Shown piece by piece: positions 14,034-23,200 of a stretch of 32,000 nt of DNA. The position numbers were made by a program, and so were the translations under genes. Origin of the DNA: Candidatus Methylomirabilota bacterium (GTDB lineage Bacteria > Methylomirabilota > Methylomirabilia > Methylomirabilales > Methylomirabilaceae); the NCBI GenBank assembly GCA_003104975.1, contig PQAM01000019.1, positions 1 through 32,000 of the forward strand. The letters run 5' to 3'. The notes under the pieces are model-generated. The model saw only the letters and a program-made list of their open reading frames with translations. It was not told the origin of the DNA and searched no databases. How positions within the stretch are numbered: position 1 is the stretch's first letter; every line of letters starts with the position of its first letter.

Positions 14034-16460
14034 ATGAGTCCCATCCCGAGCGATATGGTAAGCAAGCCCCATAAGACGTTCGGCCAAATGCTGTTAGTGA
14101 AAAAATATTGGTGGCTCCATGCGGCGATTGTCACAGGTATCAGCCTTATCGGTTTGGTCGCGCTTGGCGTCTGGACCTACACGTCGGCCCCACCGTTGAC
14201 CAATTTTGTGTCGTCGTCCACCGGGGAGACGGTGATACCTGAGTGGGAGATCCAGCGCGGCAAACAGGTATTTCACCTCAAGGGGCTCATGACCTACGGC
14301 TCGTTCTGGGGTGACGGCGGCGAACGGGGCCCGGATTTTACGGCCGAAGCTCTCCATCATACATACGTCTCCATGAACAAATACTACGAGAATGAGATCG
14401 CAAAGGAGCGCCCTGTCACGCAAGCCGATCGCGACATGATCGCGATGAGGGTACGACGTGAGATTCGAGAGAATGGGTACGACGAGGCCGCCAACGTGAT
14501 TCGAATCAATCCGGCGCAGGCTTTTGCGTATCAGGAGTTGATCACCCATTACACGAAGATGTTTACGGATGCTACCTATGAAGAAGCCTTTATGAAGGGC
14601 AGGATCAAGAATCATATCAGCGACCCGGCCGACCTGAAGGCCCTCGCGGGGTACTTCTTCTGGGGTGGTTGGGTTTCCGGGGCGAACCGGCCAGGTTTTG
14701 ACTACAGTTATACCCACAACTGGCCGCCCGATCCGGCGGTCGGCAATACTCCGACATTCGAGACCTACCTCTGGAGTTTCATTTCGATCTTCGTCCTGTT
14801 CTGCGGCACGATGCTGGTCCTGTACGTCTACGGCGAGATGAAGACCCTGCCGGGCGAGCCGTTCAACGGGCGAGATTGGTCGCTGACCACCGTCGATCTG
14901 GAGAATAAAGGCGATGCCTATGTGCGCCCGACCCAGCGCGCCACCTACAAGTTCTTCGCCTTTGCGGTCATCCTGTTCCTGGTGCAGGTCCTGGCGGGTA
15001 TCCTGAGCGCCGAGGATTTTGTGGGCGGCGGACCGGGCAGCGCCATCGCCACCACGGTGTTGGGATTCACCATCCCATTCACTGTGACCCGCGGCTGGCA
15101 TACCATCGTCCAGATCTACTGGTTCTTCATGGCGTGGGTCGGCTACACCCTGTTCTTCTTGCCCCGCATTTCCAAGGTGCCTAACGGTCAGCGCTTCCTG
15201 ATCAACCTGCTGTTCACCCTGTGCGTCATCGTCGGCGCCGGCGCCCTGTTCGGCATCTATCTCGGACATACGGGTTACATGAGCGACGACATGGCCTACT
15301 GGTTCGGCAGCCAGGGTTGGGAATTCCTGGAGCTCGGCCGGTTCTGGCACATCCTGATGCTGGCCTCGTTCTGTCTGTGGGTCTACATCATCTTCCGCGC
15401 CGTCAAGCCCTGGATCACCAGCCAGAACCTCTGGTCCGTTCCGGCCTGGCTGTTCTATGGCAGCGGCATCATGGTGCTGTTCCTGTTCTTCGGGATGTTC
15501 ATGACCCCGTCGCAGAACTTCGCGATTGCGGATTACTGGCGGTGGATGAACATTCATATGTGGGTTGAGGTAACCTTCGAGGTCTTCACCACCTGTATTG
15601 TGGGCTACATGCTGGTTCAGATGGGTCTGGTCAACCGGGCCATGGCCGAGCGGGTTATCTTCCTCGCCGTCATGATGTTCCTGGTGACCGCCCTGATCGG
15701 GATCTCCCACAACTTCTACTGGATCGCCAAGCCGACAGGGATCATCGCCCTGGGTAGCGTCTTCTCCACCATGCAGGTGTTGCCGTTGCTCCTGATCACC
15801 CTGGATGCCTGGAAGATGCGGACGGAGCGGGTGAAGGCCTATGAAAACGTTGCCGAGGGCAAGCAGCGCTTCGTGATGGACGGCGTCTGGACCTTCATCC
15901 TGGCCGTCAACTTCTGGAATATATTCGGCGCGGGCGTCTTCGGCTCGTTGATCAACCTGCCGATCGTCAACTACTATGAGCATGGCACCTATCTGACCGG
16001 TAACCATGCCCATGCCGCCATGTTCGGCGTCAAGGGGAACATCGCGATCGCCGGTATGCTCTTCGCGTGTCAGCACCTGTTCCAGCGCTCTGCCTGGAAT
16101 GAGAAGCTGATCAAGGGTATCTTCTGGTCGCTGCAGGTCGGCCTGGTGCTGATGATGATGTTGGATCTGTTCCCGGTCGGGCTCTATCAGGTCGCCACAG
16201 TCTTCAAGCAAGGCCTCTGGGCCGCCAGAGCGCAGGCGCACGTGACGGACAACGTCTGGATCACCTTGACCTGGATGCGGACCGTCGGTGGGGCGATCTT
16301 CCTCTTTGGCGGTGTCTTGCCTCTGGTCTATTTCATCCTGTCACGGGCGGGGCGAATGGTCCGCGAGGCGGCTGCTGTTGAAGAGGGTGAGTGGACCATC
16401 TACGATAAAGAGAAGGCCAAGGAGCGGGCTGCCTGGGCGGCCGGCGACGAGGCGTTCTAA
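14034..16460 (+). CDS. nod: qNor-like haem-copper oxidase with substituted active site; putative nitric oxide dismutase, paralogue 2
   Basis: TAGGAGG RBS. 808 aa with the same architecture as paralogue 1. HMWVEVTFE, SHNFYW (His559-Asn560, CAC AAC 15708-15713), STMQVLPL (Gln581, CAG 15774-15776), NHAHA. Confidence 0.85.
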   Translation: MSPIPSDMVSKPHKTFGQMLLVKKYWWLHAAIVTGISLIGLVALGVWTYTSAPPLTNFVSSSTGETVIPEWEIQRGKQVFHLKGLMTYGSFWGDGGERGPDFTAEALHHTYVSMNKYYENEIAKERPVTQADRDMIAMRVRREIRENGYDEAANVIRINPAQAFAYQELITHYTKMFTDATYEEAFMKGRIKNHISDPADLKALAGYFFWGGWVSGANRPGFDYSYTHNWPPDPAVGNTPTFETYLWSFISIFVLFCGTMLVLYVYGEMKTLPGEPFNGRDWSLTTVDLENKGDAYVRPTQRATYKFFAFAVILFLVQVLAGILSAEDFVGGGPGSAIATTVLGFTIPFTVTRGWHTIVQIYWFFMAWVGYTLFFLPRISKVPNGQRFLINLLFTLCVIVGAGALFGIYLGHTGYMSDDMAYWFGSQGWEFLELGRFWHILMLASFCLWVYIIFRAVKPWITSQNLWSVPAWLFYGSGIMVLFLFFGMFMTPSQNFAIADYWRWMNIHMWVEVTFEVFTTCIVGYMLVQMGLVNRAMAERVIFLAVMMFLVTALIGISHNFYWIAKPTGIIALGSVFSTMQVLPLLLITLDAWKMRTERVKAYENVAEGKQRFVMDGVWTFILAVNFWNIFGAGVFGSLINLPIVNYYEHGTYLTGNHAHAAMFGVKGNIAIAGMLFACQHLFQRSAWNEKLIKGIFWSLQVGLVLMMMLDLFPVGLYQVATVFKQGLWAARAQAHVTDNVWITLTWMRTVGGAIFLFGGVLPLVYFILSRAGRMVREAAAVEEGEWTIYDKEKAKERAAWAAGDEAF

Positions 16461-16496
16461 TCTGAGGAGTTAGGCAGGTACGTCTCGCTTGACTCG

Positions 16497-16536
16497 GATA
16501 CCCCCCGGTATAATCAACCTTGTACCGGGGGGTATC
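16497..16536 (+). terminator. hairpin after nod paralogue 2 (probable terminator, homologous to 13434-13476)
   Basis: GATACCCCCCGGTA (16497-16510) / TACCGGGGGGTATC (16523-16536) with a 12-nt loop, followed by a weak T-rich tract GCTTGTTGTG. It lies between convergent nod2 and nadE. Confidence 0.55.
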
Positions 16537-16558
16537 GCTTGTTGTGCGCGCGACGGTG

Positions 16559-17380
16559 TTACTTACCCCAGTCGCGGGGATAGCGGAAGTCGCGGTCGAT
16601 GGTACGGGCAGAGATCTTGGCAATGAGGGGGAGGCGTCGCTTGTACTGGGAGGCCTGGACCCTGGCGAGGACGGTTCGGACAAATCGCTCATCGAAGCCG
16701 TTCGCGATCATCTCGGAAATCTCGTATCGGCGGTCGATCATGAGATAGAGCACTTGGTCGACCTCTTCGTACGTAAAGCCGAGTTCCGTCTCGTCGGTCT
16801 GTCCGACCCAGAGATCACCGCTGGGCGCCTTTCCAATGATGGCCTCCGGAACGCCCATATGGCGCGCCAGTTGCCGCACCTGGCTCTTATACAGATCGCC
16901 CAGCGGGTTGATGGCGCTGGCCATGTCTCCGTACAGTGTACCGTACCCCAGGAGTAACTCGGTTTTATTGCTGGTCCCTAATACCAGGGCATTCAGCCTG
17001 GCCGAATAATCGAACAGGATGGTCATTCGCTCGCGCGCCATCTTGTTGCCCCGGCGTACCTGATCGGCATCCTGGAGCCGTCCGAAGTAGGCGTCTACCA
17101 TCGGGGTAATATCGATGATATCGGATTGGATTCCTAACTGCGTGACCACCAGTTCGGCGTGCGCTCGGCTGTCCGGACTGCTGGTTCGGTATGGCATCAG
17201 GAGGGCCCAGACGTTCTCGCCGCCAAGCGCTTCGGCAGCGAGATATGCGGACAACGCGGAATCGACCCCACCCGATAACCCGATGACAACCCGGCTGAAA
17301 CCGGTCTTTCGTACCTCGTTGGTAATGAATCCGGTCAGGATCTGTTGAACAAATGCGCAGTGCAGGGAGAGACGGATCAT
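16559..17380 (-). CDS. nadE: NAD+ synthetase (NadE, ATP-pyrophosphatase domain)
   Basis: P-loop GLSGGVDSA. Family-typical [20 protein letters not shown]. Start set at ATG 17380, forming an ATGA overlap with the upstream stop. The ORF track extends to 17419. Confidence 0.85.
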   Translation of the reverse strand: MIRLSLHCAFVQQILTGFITNEVRKTGFSRVVIGLSGGVDSALSAYLAAEALGGENVWALLMPYRTSSPDSRAHAELVVTQLGIQSDIIDITPMVDAYFGRLQDADQVRRGNKMARERMTILFDYSARLNALVLGTSNKTELLLGYGTLYGDMASAINPLGDLYKSQVRQLARHMGVPEAIIGKAPSGDLWVGQTDETELGFTYEEVDQVLYLMIDRRYEISEMIANGFDERFVRTVLARVQASQYKRRLPLIAKISARTIDRDFRYPRDWGK

Positions 17381-18234
17381 CTGTCCCCCTCGCGCCTGAT
17401 CCGCTCCAGTTCCCGACACGTCACGTCCAATCGCTCATCTCGACACAGCGGATTTATCGTCCTGGCCCGTCGAACCTCGGCAGGATCGATTTCGGCGACC
17501 AGGAGGGTCTCGTCAAGATAGGCTGCCTTGGCTACAGGCTCGCCGGATGGGGCGATGACCTCAGAGCCGCCCCAAAAGCAGGCGCCGTCCTCATATCCGA
17601 CCCGATTTGTATACAGGACATAGCTGGTGAAGAGTTGCGCGTAGGCTCGGTTGACCGTCTCCCACGCCCTGGCGTTCGCGAACAATTGACCCTCCTCCAG
17701 TCCCCCGCGGCCGGGACTGGCAGAGGGTGAGATAAGGATCTCCATCCCGTCCAGGGAGGCAATCCACGCCGTCGAGGGGTGCCACATATCCTCGCAGATC
17801 AGGATCGCAGATCGCCCGATGTCTGTATGAAACGTTGCGATCCGGCTGCCTTCCGCAAGATACCGTTGCTCATCGAAGATCCCGTATGTGGGGAGGTAGA
17901 CCTTACGATGGACGTGCCGAATGTCGCCCGCTGAGAGGTAAAGGGCGGCATTATAAAACAGGTATCCCGGCGCCTCCTCAACCAGCCCCACCACCAGATC
18001 GACGCGGCGGCTTAACTCCCTGAGTCTGTCGAGGATAGGGCTGGTTAAGGGGAGGGCCACTGATGAGACAATATCCTTCAGGAAGTATCCGGTCAGGCTT
18101 AACTCCGGAAAGATCAGCAGGCCGGCGCCTCGCCCGATCGCCTCCTCGATGGTCTTCTCGTGCAGGGTCAGGTTACGTTCCAGATCGCCGAGCACGGGGT
18201 TGATCTGGGCAAGGGCAACTGTATGTCGACTCAT
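17377..18234 (-). CDS. carbon-nitrogen hydrolase (nitrilase superfamily), probable glutaminase partner of NadE
   Basis: Glu-Lys-Cys triad contexts [33 protein letters not shown] start/stop overlaps with both neighbouring genes. Confidence 0.8.
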   Translation of the reverse strand: MSRHTVALAQINPVLGDLERNLTLHEKTIEEAIGRGAGLLIFPELSLTGYFLKDIVSSVALPLTSPILDRLRELSRRVDLVVGLVEEAPGYLFYNAALYLSAGDIRHVHRKVYLPTYGIFDEQRYLAEGSRIATFHTDIGRSAILICEDMWHPSTAWIASLDGMEILISPSASPGRGGLEEGQLFANARAWETVNRAYAQLFTSYVLYTNRVGYEDGACFWGGSEVIAPSGEPVAKAAYLDETLLVAEIDPAEVRRARTINPLCRDERLDVTCRELERIRREGDR

Positions 18235-19058
18235 GCCACCGTACTCCGTACGTCGGGGGCAGTCAGGCCGCGATGCGCGGCCTCCATGTCCGGCGATACC
18301 GGGCCGCCGCGTGCCTCATAGACGAACAGAGGGGTAAGAATCCGTAGTCCCGACCGACCGTCCCGTCGCGCCTCTACCAGACTGAGTTCCGCCTGCGCGC
18401 CAGGGTATGAATGAATGAATCGCAACATCTTTGGTTCCAGTCGTACCGTCCTGAGGCTGCTCAACAGGTCGGCGAGTCGCGAGGCATGGTAGATGAGATA
18501 GGCGCGCCCGTGGGGCGCCAGGACATATCGGATGGCCGCCACTGCCTCGCGAATGGTGGCGGTCAGTTCGTGCTTCGCCTGTCGGATCTCGGGGTCCGGA
18601 CTGAGTCGGCCGCCGGCGATCGGTCGATAGGGCGGGTTGCAGAGTACCATATCAAAGCAGCTTGCCGGCAGCAGCCGCGTAATCTGACGAAGGTCACCCT
18701 CGACGATCTCGATGCGGTCTTGCAGTCCATTGAGCCGCACGCCACGCCTGGCCCGGTCGGCCAGGGCCGACTGGACCTCAAGACCGACGATGCGGAGGCT
18801 CGGATACCGATGTGCCAGCAGGAAGGCGATGGCGCCGTTGCCGCAGCCGAGATCAAGAACCCTGTCGCCGGGTCGCGGCATGGCGACCTGCGCCAGCAAC
18901 AGCGCATCCATCGAATAGCGGAAGCCCATTCTGCTCTGAATGACCTTTACGCCGGACATGCCGATATCATCCAGGGATTCGCCGTCATAGAGCCATGAAT
19001 TCGTCTGCGGTCGATCCATCATTTCGATCATCACGGCGCTACTGTAATACATCATCAA
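18231..19058 (-). CDS. SAM-dependent methyltransferase, NPPY-motif small-domain family (TrmN6/YfiC-like)
   Basis: SAM motif VLDLGCGNGAIAF, catalytic VLCNPPYRP, N-terminal GFRYSMDALLLA. Start uncertain (TTG 19058, ATG 19055, or later Met codons; no clear RBS). Confidence 0.7.
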   Translation of the reverse strand: MMMYYSSAVMIEMMDRPQTNSWLYDGESLDDIGMSGVKVIQSRMGFRYSMDALLLAQVAMPRPGDRVLDLGCGNGAIAFLLAHRYPSLRIVGLEVQSALADRARRGVRLNGLQDRIEIVEGDLRQITRLLPASCFDMVLCNPPYRPIAGGRLSPDPEIRQAKHELTATIREAVAAIRYVLAPHGRAYLIYHASRLADLLSSLRTVRLEPKMLRFIHSYPGAQAELSLVEARRDGRSGLRILTPLFVYEARGGPVSPDMEAAHRGLTAPDVRSTVA

Positions 19059-19096
19059 GGAAAAGACAAACGGTCAGCCGTCAGCTATCAGCGATG

Positions 19097-19144
19097 TAGG
19101 GGCGCTGCTTGCTGCGCCCTATTCGGGCAGGGCAAGCCCTGCCC
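19097..19144. repeat. two adjacent GC-rich hairpins (REP-like) between priA and the methyltransferase gene
   Basis: TAGGGGCGC...TGCGCCCTA (19097-19121, one bulge) and GGGCAGGG-caag-CCCTGCCC (19125-19144). An outer GTAGGGGC (19096-19103) / GCCCCTAC (19141-19148) pairing is an alternative fold. Confidence 0.3.
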
Positions 19145-19157
19145 CTACGCCGGCCGC

Positions 19158-21638
19158 TCAACACAGATCGACCGGATCGACGTCGATCTCAATCCCGGCC
19201 TGTTCTGTCGGTGGAAGCTGCGCAATCGTCCCTTTGACCCAGTGCAAGAGCCTATCCTGGTCGTGACCTTTGGCGAGGATCTGCCATCGATAGCGGTCCT
19301 GTAATCGATAGATCGGCGCCGGTGCGGGTCCCTCAACGGCAAGTGGGGGGGACGCCCCCCCCAGAAGCAGACCGGTCAGTTGCTCGGCCCGCGCTTGCGC
19401 TTGTCCCTCGTGCGTAGAGGCAACCAGGAGCAGAATAAGAGAGCCAAAGGGCGGAAGGCCGCGTTTCTCCCGAAGGGGCCGCTCGATCCGGTAGAGCGCC
19501 TCATAATCGTGGTGACGGGCTGCGAGGATACAATAGTGTTCAGGGTTGTAGGTCTGGACAATGACATGGCCGGGGCGGTCGCCACGACCGGCGCGACCGG
19601 CTACCTGCGTCAGCAGCGCAAAGGTTCGCTCGCCGGCTCGGAAATCCGGGATCTGCATCGAGACATCGGCCGAGAGGATGCCGACCAGGGTGATGCCGGG
19701 GAAGTCGTGTCCCTTTCCGACCATCTGTGTGCCGATCAGAATCTGTGTGCGCCGCTGCTGCATATCCCCGAGGATCTGTCGGTGTGCCTGCCGCCTTCGG
19801 GTGGTATCGCGATCCATCCTGACGATCGAGACGTCCGGGACCAGGAGTCGAGCGGCGGCCTCGACCTGCTGTGTCCCGTAGCCGAGCCACCCGCAGGCGA
19901 TCCCGCCGCACTGAGGACAACCCGTCGGCGGCCGCTGCCGATAATCGCAGTAGTGGCAGCGCATCCTGGCGTCGACGGCATGGTAGATGAGCGAGACACT
20001 GCAGTGAGGGCACCGCAACGTAAAGCCGCACTCCCGGCAGAGCAGCACCCTGGCGTACCCTCGTCGATTGATGAACAGCAGGACCTGCTCGCCCTTCGCC
20101 AGCGTCTCCTTGATCGCCTCAGCCAGTCGTTGTGAAAAGATCAGCGGGGCACCGCGCTCTGTCCGCCTCGCGCGCTCTTGACGCATATCGACCAGTTCTA
20201 TCGACGGGAGCGGCCTGTTGTGGACCCGCTCAGGGAGGAGGAACGGCCGGTAGATCCCCTCCTTCGCCCGATGAAGGGTTTCGAAGCTGGGGGTTGCAGA
20301 CCCGAGAAGGACGGGAATCCCAAGCATTCGCCCCCTGACCAATGCCACGTCCCGGGCGTGGTAGCGCGGCTCTTCCTGTTGCTTATAGGAGGTATCATGC
20401 TCTTCATCCACAACGATCAGGCCAAGGCGCGAGAGGGGTGCGAACACGGCAGAACGGGCGCCCACGACGATATCGGCCGTCCCGCGCCTGATGCGGTACC
20501 ACTGATCCAGCCGCTCGCCCGGCGAAAGGCCGCTGTGCAGCAGCGCGACGCGTTCGCCGAAGCGGGCGCGAAATCGATCGGCCGTCACCGGGGTCAGGGC
20601 GATTTCCGGAACGAGTACCAGCGCCTGCCGTCCCTGTCGTACCGCCTCGCCGATCACCCGAAGATAGACCTCGGTCTTTCCGCTTCCCGTCGCGCCGTAG
20701 AGTAGTGCCGGACAAAACGTCTGTGAGGACAGGCCTGCCAACAGCCCATCAACCGCGGCGCGCTGTGCCGAATTGAGTTGGGGGCAGGCGTCGGCGACTA
20801 TCGCGCCCTTGTCCCATGGCGACCGCTCGACCGCCTCAGTCGTGCGGCGGATCAGTCCCTTAGCGAGGAGGCTGCGCACGCCGGAGGCTCCGGCAATGGC
20901 CGTCGCCTCCGCAGATGTCAGCGATGAGCCGGATTGGAGGAGCCGATCGAGCAACGAGGCCTGTCGTGGTGCGCGGTCTTTGAGGCGGGCCCATCCCGCC
21001 TCCGCTGCCGTCCGGTCGATCGCCAGACTCAATACGGGTCGTACGACGGGCCGAACCGAAGGACGACGTTCCTGGTATTCGATTCTGGCCAGGTTCTGTC
21101 TGATGAGCAGGCGAATCAGTCGATCAACCGCTTCGCCGGGCCACCGCCGTTTGAGCGATGACAGCGCGATTCGACGTTGCGCCTGCAGAACGGTGAGAAT
21201 CTGCTGCTGAGTCGGGTCGAGTGGGCCGACCGCTCCGGCGTGGTCCGCCGCGATACCCGCGCGCGAGAACAGATCCGACGGTTCGATCAACTGAACCGTC
21301 CGTATCGTCCCGCGATCGATCCCGGGCGGCAGCGCCGTACGAATCACCGGCCCCCACGAGGTCACGTAATAGTCCGCGACATGGCGCGTCAGTTCGAGCA
21401 TATGTTGATCGAGCAGCGGTTCAGGATCGAGGATCGCCTCAATCGACTTCAGATCTGAAGGATCGGTTGGCGCAGGAGTGCGAAGGCCGACGATATATCC
21501 GGTGACCAGGCGGGGACCGAGCGGGACAAGTGCTCGCTTACCGACCCCGACCTGTATATGGAGCGAGGGCGGAACCGCATAGGTCAGGATGCTTCGAGGT
21601 GGAACCGGCAGGGCGATTTCAGCGGCGATCCGGCTCAA
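19158..21638 (-). CDS. priA: primosomal protein N' (replication restart helicase PriA)
   Basis: Walker A GATGSGKTEVYL, DEEHD box, Cys-rich zinc module CRECGFTLRCPHCSVSLIYH...CHYCDY...CPQCGG. Apparent TTG start overlaps the upstream stop (TTGA). Confidence 0.9.
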   Translation of the reverse strand: MSRIAAEIALPVPPRSILTYAVPPSLHIQVGVGKRALVPLGPRLVTGYIVGLRTPAPTDPSDLKSIEAILDPEPLLDQHMLELTRHVADYYVTSWGPVIRTALPPGIDRGTIRTVQLIEPSDLFSRAGIAADHAGAVGPLDPTQQQILTVLQAQRRIALSSLKRRWPGEAVDRLIRLLIRQNLARIEYQERRPSVRPVVRPVLSLAIDRTAAEAGWARLKDRAPRQASLLDRLLQSGSSLTSAEATAIAGASGVRSLLAKGLIRRTTEAVERSPWDKGAIVADACPQLNSAQRAAVDGLLAGLSSQTFCPALLYGATGSGKTEVYLRVIGEAVRQGRQALVLVPEIALTPVTADRFRARFGERVALLHSGLSPGERLDQWYRIRRGTADIVVGARSAVFAPLSRLGLIVVDEEHDTSYKQQEEPRYHARDVALVRGRMLGIPVLLGSATPSFETLHRAKEGIYRPFLLPERVHNRPLPSIELVDMRQERARRTERGAPLIFSQRLAEAIKETLAKGEQVLLFINRRGYARVLLCRECGFTLRCPHCSVSLIYHAVDARMRCHYCDYRQRPPTGCPQCGGIACGWLGYGTQQVEAAARLLVPDVSIVRMDRDTTRRRQAHRQILGDMQQRRTQILIGTQMVGKGHDFPGITLVGILSADVSMQIPDFRAGERTFALLTQVAGRAGRGDRPGHVIVQTYNPEHYCILAARHHDYEALYRIERPLREKRGLPPFGSLILLLVASTHEGQAQARAEQLTGLLLGGASPPLAVEGPAPAPIYRLQDRYRWQILAKGHDQDRLLHWVKGTIAQLPPTEQAGIEIDVDPVDLC

Positions 21639-22309
21639 TGCGCTGTGCTCGCCTGAGGCGCGCGGACCAGCACGTCGTATGCCGGACTGTCCTTGAGTTT
21701 TGACGATGTAGCGGTCAAATCGGCCGTCTCCTTGAGCGTGGCAGTAACGGCCCTCGGCGGCTGCGCTGAGACCAGACCAAAGGCGTAGGTACTGTCGCCA
21801 CGGACGCCGGACGGCCCGGCGCAGACAGGAGAGTCAAAGTACACGATGAACCTGTTGGTCCACCCGTGCACGTGGTCGATGCCGATCTTTCCCGGACCGC
21901 CGTCGGTCACGACATAGATCAGATCTCCGGCCTGTCCATCGCCATTGTAATCCAGGGTGTCGACGATGGGACCGAACTCAAGCGCCATGGTCCGTAGACA
22001 CGGCATGTGCGTCGTCGCAACAGCCTGTTCGAGATTGATCCGGTACTCATAGCCGTACAGCCCGGCCGCCGGCGTGCCGGGCTTCCCTGCGAAGGTGCGA
22101 GACTCGATGAAGGCCGTTCCCTCGACCTGCATCGGGATCGGTGCGGTGCTGCTCTCGATCGTGGTCACCTTGCACGAGGGATCGAAGAGACAGTAGACGG
22201 CCGGAGAGCCGACCGTGACGGTTGCCAGATGGGTGTCGCCCTTCCGGCACCCCGCGGCAAAGGCTAGAGTCAGCACCACAGCGATGAGAACGGGCACTCG
22301 CGCGGCCAT
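21635..22309 (-). CDS. lipoprotein of unknown function (paralogue A)
   Basis: Lipobox LAFAAGC. Conserved blocks shared with 22372..23106: VYCLFDPSC, ESRTFAGKPGTPAAGLYGYEYRI, GPIVDTLDYNGDGQ (D-x-N-x-D-G Ca-binding-like loop), FGLVS..PPR. Confidence 0.75.
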   Translation of the reverse strand: MAARVPVLIAVVLTLAFAAGCRKGDTHLATVTVGSPAVYCLFDPSCKVTTIESSTAPIPMQVEGTAFIESRTFAGKPGTPAAGLYGYEYRINLEQAVATTHMPCLRTMALEFGPIVDTLDYNGDGQAGDLIYVVTDGGPGKIGIDHVHGWTNRFIVYFDSPVCAGPSGVRGDSTYAFGLVSAQPPRAVTATLKETADLTATSSKLKDSPAYDVLVRAPQASTAH

Positions 22310-22371
22310 CCCCCGTTCCCCTCCTTTCGCTAATCAGACACCAACAGGCTACTTTGATCCCGGAATGAATC

Positions 22372-23106
22372 TTAAAGGCCTTCAGAACGATCCGACTTGC
22401 TACCCTCCGTGTCTATTTGAGGCGCATAGACATCTACGTGATATTTAATATTTTTCTTCATTTTCGGCGAGGCGGCGCCCAAACCGGCCGTCTCCTTGAT
22501 GGTCGCATCGACGAGCCTCGGCGGTTTGGTGGAGACCAGGCCAAAGAAAAAGGTGCTGTCGCCCGGATGATTCTGTCCCCCGACACAGATAGGGGAGTCG
22601 AAATTAAATGTCAGCCTGCCGTGAAACCGCTGTACGAATCCGAGGCTGGCTTTTCCAGGACCGCCCTGGCTGACGACATAGATCAGTTCGTCGGTCTGCC
22701 CATCGCCATTGTAATCCAGGGTATCGACGATGGGACCGAAATCAAAGATGATCGATGACAGGCACGGCATATACTTGACCTTCCCGAACTCCTCGACCTC
22801 GACCACAGTCTCTGCCCCCTGCTCGAGATCGATCCGGTATTCATAGCCGTACAGACCGGCCGCCGGCGTACCGGGCTTCCCCGCGAAGGTGCGGGACTCC
22901 ACAACCGCCTTACCCATGATCTCCATTGGGATAGGCACAGTGCTGCTGTTGGTAACGGCAACCGCACAGGATGGATCGAAGAGACAATAAACGGTTGACG
23001 CGCTGACCTTGACCTTTTTAAGATTCATGTCGGATTTCATCCGACAACCTGCAATGAAGGCTGCACTCAGCATGACACCCACAAGGATGAGTACCCTTCC
23101 AGTCAT
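22372..23106 (-). CDS. lipoprotein of unknown function (paralogue B)
   Basis: Start set at ATG 23106 (MTGRVLILVGVMLSAAFIAGC lipobox; GGGGGA about 9 nt upstream). The ORF track extends to 23229. Tandem paralogue of 21635..22309. Confidence 0.75.
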   Translation of the reverse strand: MTGRVLILVGVMLSAAFIAGCRMKSDMNLKKVKVSASTVYCLFDPSCAVAVTNSSTVPIPMEIMGKAVVESRTFAGKPGTPAAGLYGYEYRIDLEQGAETVVEVEEFGKVKYMPCLSSIIFDFGPIVDTLDYNGDGQTDELIYVVSQGGPGKASLGFVQRFHGRLTFNFDSPICVGGQNHPGDSTFFFGLVSTKPPRLVDATIKETAGLGAASPKMKKNIKYHVDVYAPQIDTEGSKSDRSEGL

Positions 23107-23200
23107 CCCATGTTCCCCCTTTCTCCTGTAATTGTGTCGTAACGTACACATCTCGGCGCGCTTTGTGATCGTTCCAGACGTGTTGTTGCTCAGATCGTGC

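Noticed and set aside
13658-14134. 158-aa minus-strand ORF spanning the nod2 upstream region and start
   Set aside because: It overlaps the nod2 RBS and start and the conserved upstream element. It has no RBS and a composition unlike neighbouring genes.
11504-16241. Very long minus-strand ORFs (11504..13195, 563 aa; 14094..16241, 715 aa) antisense to the two nod genes
   Set aside because: These are shadow frames of GC-rich, codon-biased genes. Their translations are low-complexity (H/D/E/G/P/Q/R-rich) with no TM or domain pattern and no RBS. The plus-strand frames have unmistakable NorB-family sequence.
10961-16460. Annotating the two ~810-aa proteins simply as quinol-dependent nitric oxide reductases (qNor/NorZ)
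   Set aside because: The fold clearly belongs to the qNor family. However, the His->Asn change in the His-His metal-ligand pair, the Glu->Gln change in helix VIII, and the lack of an obvious quinol-site His occur in both paralogues. A plain NO->N2O reductase call is therefore unsafe. I kept them as qNor-like / putative NO dismutase.
19345-19362. G7-ACG-C8 palindrome inside priA
   Set aside because: It lies in-frame in coding sequence (…GGASPP…). Homopolymer tracts could slip, but priA is an essential-type gene and nothing suggests regulation. Probably incidental in a GC-rich genome.
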